64,000 nt of DNA from Minisyncoccota bacterium. Its GTDB lineage: Bacteria > Patescibacteriota > Minisyncoccia > Phycocordibacterales > SBAW01. A program made the position numbers and the translations under genes. Numbering within the stretch: the stretch's first letter is position 1; every line of letters starts with the position of its first letter. The notes below the pieces were generated by a model. The model had not been told where the DNA came from. It did not search any database and saw nothing but the letters and a program-made list of their open reading frames with translations. Shown piece after piece: positions 57,401 through 64,000 of this stretch. The DNA lies in contig DATKGU010000001.1 of NCBI GenBank assembly GCA_035510635.1, positions 649 through 64,648 of the forward strand. The letters are read 5' to 3'.

Positions 57401-57513
57401 CGCTCGCGTTTGCGGTGATGTTTGGCCTCGCGTTTGCAATATGCCTCACGCTGGTCTTGGTACCCGTACTTTTCTTTAGAGCGCCGCACAAAAAAGCGGT
57501 CGAGGAGGCGTAA
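54412..57513 (+). CDS. RND-family efflux transporter permease (AcrB-like)
   Basis: 1033 aa, 12 TM with two large loops, RND signatures. Confidence 0.9.
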   Translation: MLWLWNFFLDKKQFSYVLIAFLVAAGFYALVQIPKENSPSIDIPYAAVTTTLPGASSADMETLVTNKLEAQISGISNIDTLTSDSVDGVSSIVVQFNANADSNQSLQDLRDAVSRAAPDLPSDASTPLVSKVSFNDSPVIVVSVSSELPQSALSQLGTTLSDDLKNVQGVSEVDVAGVPAREVDVVVNQQALTQYKLSLVGVISAISASNAALPAGAITIDGTNYDVNFKGGLTDPSQVEGIAVGSNNGVPVYLRDIATISDGLAPATTYSRLSLNGKPSNQAITLLVHRQSGASIIGVASAVKEEVTALQKTQLLQGAQVFISPSTDQSIQITKQLGDLTKTGFETVALVIIVLLITIGWRESLVAALAIPLSFLISFIGLYITGNTLNFISLFALILAVGILVDSGIVVTEAIHARMRIYNNPLLAARAALHDYAWPLIAGTMATVAVFAPLFFISGIIGKFIAGIPYTLIFVLMASIFVALGIVPLIAVLFTKPHSNRLEQKQEEYTERLTLWYKQMLRRVLNHRRYQNIFLWTLSILFVLSLSLPFVGLIQSVFFPQSDEDYVYINIEKPENTSLAETDLATREVEEILYTDPDIQSFQTTVGQSSSLSGSGSSGSNQANITVNLFPGHKKSSTQVGNELEQKLAPITDANVQVLQSSNGPSSGAPIQIQFEGANLDELTAAADNGKQLLATIPHVTNITASTQNNGTEFDLSIDRAKVAAAGLSTQTIAQTLRAAVQGTKATSIPELSQDIDVMVKLNLNPAYTDPSQTTVTTLDSIDNIAVQTPSGGSVLLGSLLNSNLGASSADIAHKDKNRIETVSAYPDDKTTTSAVVAQFQKRIGELHLPADVSVSYGGETQDINQSFTEMFVALIAGLVLMFMILVISFNSIRYTLYLLLIVPLSLIGVLDGLALTNQPISLTSLLGVIALGGVIINHAIILMDSMIHHLRAEPTKPIIDIVVDSAATRLRPIVLTTVTTIVGMIPLAESNASWGPLAFAVMFGLAFAICLTLVLVPVLFFRAPHKKAVEEA

Positions 57514-57586
57514 GACGCGCTCACTGCGTATATGGAGCGCGCGGATATTTGTGCGATACAATAAGCATGGGTTTATATCGCATGAG

Positions 57587-59116
57587 ATGAAAAAATATAT
57601 CTACATAGGTGCTGGTGCGGTAGTAATCCTTGCCATAGTCGGATACTATGCGTTTGCATCTCATGCACCGCGCTATGCCACGGCCGCGGTTGTGCGCGGC
57701 TCTATCACGCAAGAGGCTTCGGCAAGCGGCAATGTCGAGGCGCCCACCACGATTGACCTCCAGTTTCAAAACAGCGGCAGGCTCGTGTCGCTTGGCGTTG
57801 ATACCGGCGCCAAAGTCTCGGCCGGCGAGGTGTTGGCGCGGCAAGACACCTCTATATTGAGCGCGCAATTAGCGCAAGCGGAGGCCGCGGTTGCAACACA
57901 GCAGGCCAATCTTGCCTCGCTTCTCCAAGGTACGCGCCCCGAGCAACTTGCCGTGCAAGAGACGCAGGTGACAAACGACCAGTCTGCGCTCGCGCAGGCA
58001 AACCAAAGCGTGATAAATGCAATCCAAAACGCGTACACGCAGTCGGACGACGCGGTGCACAATAAGGTAGACCAATTTTTTACCAATCCGCAAACTTCAA
58101 CCCCGCAAGTTTCGTTTACATCGAGCAACTCGCAGTTAATCTCTAATGTCATCGCAGACCGGGAGTCGGCGGGAGGGATGTTTCCCGGTTGGCAAACTGA
58201 GGTGGGCTCGCTCGGCACCTCAACTGACCTCTCCGCCGCCATAAGCGAGGCGCAAACAAATCTCACCTCGGTAACGCAGCTGCTCTCCGACGCCAACGCC
58301 GCGCTTAATAATGCCATTGCCGGGCAGAGCGCGAACCAGGCCAGCATAACCGGTTGGATTGCCAATGTGGCGATTGCGCGCGCCAACCTCAATGCTGCAA
58401 TCTCGGCGCTCACGAGCGCGGTGAGCGCCGAACAAGCTGCCGCCTCGGCGCTCGCCAAAGACCAAAAAAGTCTCGCGCTTGAGCAAGCCGGCTCAACGAG
58501 CGCAACCATTGACTCCCAGCAAGCGCAGGTGGTGCAGGCAGAGGCAAGCGTGTCGGTTATTAAAGCGCAAATCGCTCAAACGGAGCTCGTGTCGCCCATC
58601 GACGGCGTTGTAACCGGTGTGACGGGCTCGGTAGGCGAGACAATTTCGCCGAGCGTCGTGGTCGTTTCCATTCTTCCGACCTCCGCATTGCAGGTTAATG
58701 TAAATCTTTCGGAAGATAACATTGCCGGAGTGGCGGTTGGCCAGCCGGTATCCGTGTCGCTCGACGCGTTCCCGAGCATTGTCTGGCAAGGCACGGTAGC
58801 TAAAATAGACCCAGCCGAAACCATCATCGGTGGCGCGGTGTATTACGAAACTACGGTTATGTTTGATCAGCCCGACGCCCGCATTAAAGCCGGTATGACC
58901 GCCAATGTGCTCATCCAAACGGGCGCTGCCTCGAGTACGCTCATGGTTCCTGCAAGCGCCATACAAACCAACGACACAAGCACGTTTGTCGAACAGTATG
59001 AAAACGGAAACATCACCAATCAAACGGTAACCACGGGCCTCAAAAGCCAAAGCGGCATGGTCGAAATAACGTCCGGCCTCTCGGAGGGAGAGCTTGTGGT
59101 GACGGGTGCGCAGTAA
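57587..59116 (+). CDS. second efflux periplasmic adaptor (HlyD family)
   Basis: Same architecture as 52786-54405. ATG 57587 (MKKYIYIG) preferred over track 57422. Confidence 0.8.
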   Translation: MKKYIYIGAGAVVILAIVGYYAFASHAPRYATAAVVRGSITQEASASGNVEAPTTIDLQFQNSGRLVSLGVDTGAKVSAGEVLARQDTSILSAQLAQAEAAVATQQANLASLLQGTRPEQLAVQETQVTNDQSALAQANQSVINAIQNAYTQSDDAVHNKVDQFFTNPQTSTPQVSFTSSNSQLISNVIADRESAGGMFPGWQTEVGSLGTSTDLSAAISEAQTNLTSVTQLLSDANAALNNAIAGQSANQASITGWIANVAIARANLNAAISALTSAVSAEQAAASALAKDQKSLALEQAGSTSATIDSQQAQVVQAEASVSVIKAQIAQTELVSPIDGVVTGVTGSVGETISPSVVVVSILPTSALQVNVNLSEDNIAGVAVGQPVSVSLDAFPSIVWQGTVAKIDPAETIIGGAVYYETTVMFDQPDARIKAGMTANVLIQTGAASSTLMVPASAIQTNDTSTFVEQYENGNITNQTVTTGLKSQSGMVEITSGLSEGELVVTGAQ

Positions 59117-59123
59117 GAAGGAC

Positions 59124-60344
59124 ATGCACGATCTCTCGACCGCTTTTTTTATCGCCTACAAGTCCGTCACGCGGGGCAACAAGTCGATGCTTGTCCTCAT
59201 GATGCTCATTTTGTGCCTCTCGTTTTTTAGCACGGTGTTTATACCGGGCGTGTTTTCGGGTCTCCTCGATACGATAGTTAATTTGGAAGTTGATACGTAC
59301 ACATCGCACGTTATGATAGGTCCAGAGCAAAGTCCGACGCCCAAACAGTTTATCCAAAACCAAACCGAGTTGCGCGCGGAGCTTGCCACTATCCCCGGCG
59401 TTGTGGGCACTGCGCGCACGTATCTCACCGCCGGCTCCATATCGTACGACCCGGGGCGCAATGGCGTATACAACCGCGTCTCGGCGCAGATCATAGGCGT
59501 CGATCCCTCGGAGTCGCAAAAGATACTTACCGTAAGCCATTTTTTGGTGGCAGGACAGTTTCTCTCTGATGATGATACCGACCAAATACTATTGCCCGCA
59601 GCGGTCGCGGGCGGTTATGGCCTGCCGGAGCCCAACGATCTCGGCGGCGCTAAAGTGGGCGACAAGGTGCAGGTGGTATACGGCAACGGCGTCTCGCGCA
59701 CGTACACGGTCAAGGGCATCACCAACATCTTGTTTGGTCCTGCGCTCACCAACGCATACATCACCGCAAAGGAGGCCGAGTCGGTGCTCTCGACCTACGA
59801 CAGCGCGTCGCAAATACTCGTGCGCACCACAAGCGACAGCAACGCCGATTATATAAAATCGCGCGCAGAGGAATTTGCGCCCAATCTCCATGTGCAAACC
59901 TATCTCGACCTCATCACGGCCATCAAACCTGTCCTCAATGCGTTTACCTACATTGCGCTCATCGTGAGCGTCATCAGCGTGTTGGTGGCGGCTATTACGA
60001 TCTTTGTCATGATATATATCAACGCCGTGGGGAAGCGCCGCCAAATAGGCATACTCAAAGCGATAGGCATCAAAGAGCGCGTTATTGTTTACTCCTATAT
60101 TTTCCAGTCGCTCTTTTATGTCTTGTGCGGCGTGCTGTTGGGGCTCGCGTTTGTCTTTGGTGTTGTGGAGCCGCTCCTCAGCATACATCCTATTGAGTTG
60201 CCGTTCGGGCCGCTCGCGCTTTCCTTTAGTGTCCCGCTTGTGATGGAAAGCATCGCGGGATTTCTTATCGCCGGATTTTTCTCGGGGCTTATCCCGGCGC
60301 GGATGGTTGCCCGCGAAAACATCTTAACCGCCATTTGGGGATAA
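59124..60344 (+). CDS. ABC transporter permease, FtsX/MacB-like
   Basis: N-terminal TM, large extracytoplasmic domain, three C-terminal TMs. Confidence 0.8.
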   Translation: MHDLSTAFFIAYKSVTRGNKSMLVLMMLILCLSFFSTVFIPGVFSGLLDTIVNLEVDTYTSHVMIGPEQSPTPKQFIQNQTELRAELATIPGVVGTARTYLTAGSISYDPGRNGVYNRVSAQIIGVDPSESQKILTVSHFLVAGQFLSDDDTDQILLPAAVAGGYGLPEPNDLGGAKVGDKVQVVYGNGVSRTYTVKGITNILFGPALTNAYITAKEAESVLSTYDSASQILVRTTSDSNADYIKSRAEEFAPNLHVQTYLDLITAIKPVLNAFTYIALIVSVISVLVAAITIFVMIYINAVGKRRQIGILKAIGIKERVIVYSYIFQSLFYVLCGVLLGLAFVFGVVEPLLSIHPIELPFGPLALSFSVPLVMESIAGFLIAGFFSGLIPARMVARENILTAIWG

Positions 60345-60369
60345 TACCTGTGGTGAATGAAATTGAACC

Positions 60370-61041
60370 ATGATTAAGGCCGACAATATAAAAAAAACGT
60401 ATCCGGGAAAAGTCCCAACGCACGCGCTCAAGGGTGTGTCGTTTGAGATAGCCGACGGCGAGTTTATTGCCATCATGGGGCGCAGCGGCTCCGGCAAATC
60501 GACGCTCTTGCATCAGCTCTCGCTTATCGACACGCCCACCGAGGGACGGGTGTTTCTTAACAATCATGACGTGACGCATCTTTCGGATGTTCAAAAAACA
60601 GCCTTCCGCCTCGAGCATTTAGGCTACGTGTTTCAAGAGTATGCGCTTATTGCGGAGTTTAGTGCGCTCGAAAATGTGTACCTGCCTGCAATGGCGCTCG
60701 GGACCGGTGAGGCCGCATATAAAAAACGCGCGGCGGAGCTCTTAACCTTGGTGGGCCTTGGCGAGCGGCTGGAGCATTATCCGCACGAGCTCTCCGGCGG
60801 CGAGCAGCAGCGCGTCGCCATCGCCCGTGCGCTTATCAACGAGCCCGAAATTGTTTTTGCCGACGAACCGACCGCCAACTTGGACACCGCGTCTGCCAAA
60901 ACCGTGCTGGAGCTGTTTAGCAAACTCAACAAAGACCTCAAACAAACCATCGTGATGGTGACGCACGAGGAGGATGATAAAAAATACGTCGACCGCGTTT
61001 TGTGGCTCGAGGACGGGTTGATCGAAAAAATAGAACCCTAG
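60370..61041 (+). CDS. ABC transporter ATP-binding protein (MacB/LolD-like)
   Basis: Walker A GRSGSGKST, signature LSGGEQQR, Walker B IVFADEPT. Confidence 0.92.
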   Translation: MIKADNIKKTYPGKVPTHALKGVSFEIADGEFIAIMGRSGSGKSTLLHQLSLIDTPTEGRVFLNNHDVTHLSDVQKTAFRLEHLGYVFQEYALIAEFSALENVYLPAMALGTGEAAYKKRAAELLTLVGLGERLEHYPHELSGGEQQRVAIARALINEPEIVFADEPTANLDTASAKTVLELFSKLNKDLKQTIVMVTHEEDDKKYVDRVLWLEDGLIEKIEP

Positions 61042-61047
61042 CCTGCG

Positions 61048-62049
61048 TTATAGCGCTACAATATTTTTAGGTTCGCCCTTTTCAAAGCCGGCGATATTTT
61101 CAATAGTGGTGTCGAGGATGCGGCGCACGGCTTCATTAGTGTCAAAGGCAATGTGCGGCGTGATAATTACGCGCGGGTGGTTTATGAGGTAATGATTTTC
61201 GAGCACCACTTTGAGCTCCTCCTCTTTAGGGTGTGGGCCAGAAAGCAGAGCAAGCTCATCGCTCATGTCGCCCTCCTCCTCGAGCACATCAAGCCCGGCG
61301 CCCGCGAGCGTGCCGCTCTTTAATGCGGCAATAATCGCCTCGGTCTCCACCACTGCGCCGCGCGCGGTGTTGATAAGATACGCGCCTTTTTTAATGAGCG
61401 AAATATTTTGCAAGTTTATAAGATGATGCGTGTGCTCGTTGTAGGGGACATGGAGCGTGATGATGTCGGACTCTGCCAAAAGCTCCTCAAGCGTTGCGTA
61501 GCTAAAGTTATTATTTTTTGCGAGCGCTTCATCGCGATGTGCGTCAAACACCACCACGCGCATACCAAAGCCGTTGGCGATTTTTATTGCATACATGCCG
61601 ATGTGTCCGCCTCCGACAATGCCGATGGTCTTGCCTTGCAAATCAAAACCCGTGAGTCGCTCTTGCGAGAAAGAGCCAGTCTCGGATACTTGCTCGTGCG
61701 CCTCGCACACGCGGCGCGAGAGGGCCAAGATGAGCGCAAAGGCAAACTCGGCCACGGTGTTAACGCCGTAAGAGGGGACACTCGCCACCGCAATGCCGCG
61801 CGCTTTGGCCTCGGCAAGGTCGATATGGTCAAAGCCGGTCGAGCGCGTGGCAATGAGTTTGAGTTTTGGATATTTATCAAACACCGCTGCATCCACGTGG
61901 CCGTTAACAAACGTGCAAAGCATCTCAGCCTCGGCGTCGCCCGCGCTGTCTTGCACCGCGCCAAGTGTAAAAACAATATCTAACCCCGGCAGTTTATCTT
62001 TTATATAAGCCTCCTCCCAAGCCTCCTGTCCAAAATATACGAGTTTCAT
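61048..62049 (-). CDS. D-isomer-specific 2-hydroxyacid dehydrogenase (D-lactate dehydrogenase-like)
   Basis: GIVGGGHIG NAD-binding motif, catalytic R/E/H arrangement. Confidence 0.8.
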   Translation of the reverse strand: MKLVYFGQEAWEEAYIKDKLPGLDIVFTLGAVQDSAGDAEAEMLCTFVNGHVDAAVFDKYPKLKLIATRSTGFDHIDLAEAKARGIAVASVPSYGVNTVAEFAFALILALSRRVCEAHEQVSETGSFSQERLTGFDLQGKTIGIVGGGHIGMYAIKIANGFGMRVVVFDAHRDEALAKNNNFSYATLEELLAESDIITLHVPYNEHTHHLINLQNISLIKKGAYLINTARGAVVETEAIIAALKSGTLAGAGLDVLEEEGDMSDELALLSGPHPKEEELKVVLENHYLINHPRVIITPHIAFDTNEAVRRILDTTIENIAGFEKGEPKNIVAL

Positions 62050-62067
62050 AGTTGTATATAGTACACC

Positions 62068-62727
62068 TTACGCATTAACATCCGACTTCACTTGGCGGAC
62101 TTCTTTTTTTAACATTTTGCCTTCTTTGTCTACTTGGTAGAGCACCACCGCGCCAAAGAGCATCTCCACATCGCGCGCCCTCTCGTGCGGTATTGACTCC
62201 ATGTATATGGTGAGCGCGCGCAGCGCATTGCCGTGCGATACCACGAGCACATTGTGTCCCTCCTTGAGCAGCGGCAAAATATGGCTTTTATAAAACGGTA
62301 TGACGCGCTCATAGACCATCTTTAATGTCTCGCCGTTGGGTACTGGGCAATCCCAATTGCGGCGGATATTATCAAACGCTTCTTCGCCTATCTTTTCTTT
62401 CATCTCCCACTTGTCTTTGCCGGTGTAGTCACCGTAGTCGCGCTCGTCGAGTGCGTGCGTATACAGGGCCGGCACACGATATTGCTCGAGCTCGTTTAAC
62501 ATGCACGAGAGCGTCTCGATGGAGCGCACCTGCATCGAGGCAAAGACGTTGTCGATGTGCACTCCTTTAATAAGCGCGCCCATCTCTTTTGATTTTTCAA
62601 ATCCGTACTCGGTGAGGTGCACGTCGCGCGTGCCGGTCCACATGCCTTTTTTGTTCCACTCCGACTCGTGGTGGCGCGCGATGATAAGTGTGCCCATCGG
62701 GCGGCGTGTAAAGAAGGGGATGTTCAT
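62068..62727 (-). CDS. gpmA: 2,3-bisphosphoglycerate-dependent phosphoglycerate mutase
   Basis: RHHESEWN histidine-phosphatase motif, VVSHGNALRAL. Confidence 0.85.
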   Translation of the reverse strand: MNIPFFTRRPMGTLIIARHHESEWNKKGMWTGTRDVHLTEYGFEKSKEMGALIKGVHIDNVFASMQVRSIETLSCMLNELEQYRVPALYTHALDERDYGDYTGKDKWEMKEKIGEEAFDNIRRNWDCPVPNGETLKMVYERVIPFYKSHILPLLKEGHNVLVVSHGNALRALTIYMESIPHERARDVEMLFGAVVLYQVDKEGKMLKKEVRQVKSDVNA

Positions 62728-63521
62728 AGTAAATGAAATGCACGCTCCGTGCGGTGCTTCTCCGCCTCAACCACAACGCGCTCCATCATAGCCACCGCCT
62801 CGACAGGGAAGTGTCCGGATGCCGACTCTTCCGAGAGCATCACTGCGTCGGCGCCGTCCATGATGGCCGCCTCAACGTCGGTCACTTCGGCGCGCGTGGG
62901 AGTGTTGTGCTCGGTCATCGAGAGCATCATTTGCGTTGCAACAATAACCGGCTTGCCTGCGGCATTGGCTTTAGCAACGATTGTTTTTTGTACAAAGGGG
63001 ATGTCCTCAAGCGGCACCTCAGCCCCTAGGTCGCCGCGCGCGACCATCACGCCGTCGGCCGCTCTAATAATTGCATCGAGATTATCCACGGCCACTTTGC
63101 GCTCTATTTTTGCAATTATCTTTTGAGTGCCGCCGTATTTTTTTATTACCTCACGCAAAGCCTCGACATCCTCGGGGCCGCCGACAAACGAGAGCGCAAA
63201 AAACTCCACATTTTCTTTGATGCACACTGCCACCTGGGCTTCTTCTTGCGGCGTTAAGAGCGGGGCAGAGGGATCGTACGTGTGGCCAACCCTCTCGGCA
63301 ATGCGGCGCGCGGGGAGGTCGGCCAAAATAGGTGCACTCCGGCCGCAAGCTGCTGCGCCGGAGCGCGCCGCGTGTATTTGGTTGAGCGCTTCGGCCTCAT
63401 CCGGTATCCACGCAAAGTTGAGCCGTGCAACGTCCATGCCGGCCGCACTCATCGCGCAGAGTATCTCGGTGGTTTTAGAAGAGGGGCCGATAGTGGCAAC
63501 TATTTGTGCGCGCGAGCTCAT
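62724..63521 (-). CDS. pyruvate kinase catalytic barrel domain only (265 aa, lacks the C-terminal domain)
   Basis: IVATIGP, MVARGDLG, ATQMMLSM, MLSEESASGHFP pyruvate-kinase blocks. About 200 aa shorter than a typical pyk. Confidence 0.7.
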   Translation of the reverse strand: MSSRAQIVATIGPSSKTTEILCAMSAAGMDVARLNFAWIPDEAEALNQIHAARSGAAACGRSAPILADLPARRIAERVGHTYDPSAPLLTPQEEAQVAVCIKENVEFFALSFVGGPEDVEALREVIKKYGGTQKIIAKIERKVAVDNLDAIIRAADGVMVARGDLGAEVPLEDIPFVQKTIVAKANAAGKPVIVATQMMLSMTEHNTPTRAEVTDVEAAIMDGADAVMLSEESASGHFPVEAVAMMERVVVEAEKHRTERAFHLL

Positions 63522-63529
63522 ATTTTTTA

Positions 63530-64000
63530 TTATATATTTTTTAATTCTCTCTCAATTTCCATCAATCTATTATATTTGCACACGCGCTCGCCGCGCATCA
63601 GCGAGCCGCTCTTTATAAGGGGGCAGCTGAGCCCCGCCGCGAGGTCGGCAATAAACGTGTCGGTTGTCTCACCCGAGCGATGCGAAGCAAACGGCTTCCA
63701 GCCCTGTTTTTTGGTGAGCGTCACGGCCTCAATAGCCTCGGTGACGGTGCCAATCTGATTGGGTTTAATGAGCACTGCGTTAACGGCATTTTTTTCGATA
63801 GCAGTTTGTATCCTTTTTATATTTGTCACGAGCAAATCATCACCGACGATTGTTGTTTTGCCGCCCATCGCTGCGGTGAGCGATGTAAAACCCTCCCAAT
63901 CATCCTCGGCGAGGCCGTCTTCAATAAGCATGAGAGGGAAGCGAGCTGCCAACTCTTGATACCACGCAATCATCTCACCGTTCGAAAGTGTTTTTTCCTC
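63530..64000 (-). CDS. eno: enolase (3' part; gene continues beyond the window)
   Basis: SHRSGETTDTFIADLAAG...KYNRLMEIEREL C-terminal enolase signature. Frame is open to the window edge. Confidence 0.9.
   Translation of the reverse strand, partial: EEKTLSNGEMIAWYQELAARFPLMLIEDGLAEDDWEGFTSLTAAMGGKTTIVGDDLLVTNIKRIQTAIEKNAVNAVLIKPNQIGTVTEAIEAVTLTKKQGWKPFASHRSGETTDTFIADLAAGLSCPLIKSGSLMRGERVCKYNRLMEIERELKNI

Noticed and set aside
57422-57586. 5' extension of the second adaptor ORF overlapping the RND gene end
   Set aside because: In-frame ATG at 57587 gives a standard signal-anchor N-terminus (MKKYIYIGAGAVVILAIVG). The extension encodes an Arg-rich off-frame of the RND 3' end.

Overview
This window looks like a high-GC bacterial chromosome of a small, streamlined genome. 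Ribosomal-protein (r-protein) extensions, missing L30, weak Shine-Dalgarno use and leaderless starts are reminiscent of CPR/Patescibacteria-type genomes. The backbone is the S10-spc-alpha ribosomal protein cluster running rplC through map (rpsJ, rpmD and everything after map are absent; ndk follows map). An ~11 kb accessory island splits it between rplE and rpsZ. The rest of the window holds housekeeping genes (infC-rpmI-rplT, smpB-ssrA, ftsH, pyrD, recG, malic enzyme, an eno/pyk/gpmA/ldh glycolytic cluster, an RND plus MacB-like efflux locus, tRNA-Ile(UAU), tRNA-Ser(GCU)). Interleaved are low-GC accessory patches. The features most worth follow-up are these. (1) The rplE/rpsZ island carries a large serine recombinase, a phage-like 3-gene module, a divergent excisionase-HTH::GHKL-ATPase plus STAS(DUF4325) partner-switch-like pair with palindromic operators, and a secreted tailspike-like protein with a pectate-lyase beta-helix and S74 chaperone domain. 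(2) A second tailspike-like paralog has its signal peptide out of frame because of a 9-G homopolymer, a candidate phase-variation switch. (3) A Fic cassette lies between 38-bp direct repeats that rebuild the 3' end of the target gene. (4) A stand-alone reverse transcriptase with a 436-nt structured upstream noncoding region is inserted at the 3' end of the tmRNA gene. (5) A compact flavin-transfer redox module (FMN-binding protein, ApbE, RnfD-like::FNR-like fusion) is present. All calls are made by eye from the sequence and the ORF track; no searches were run.
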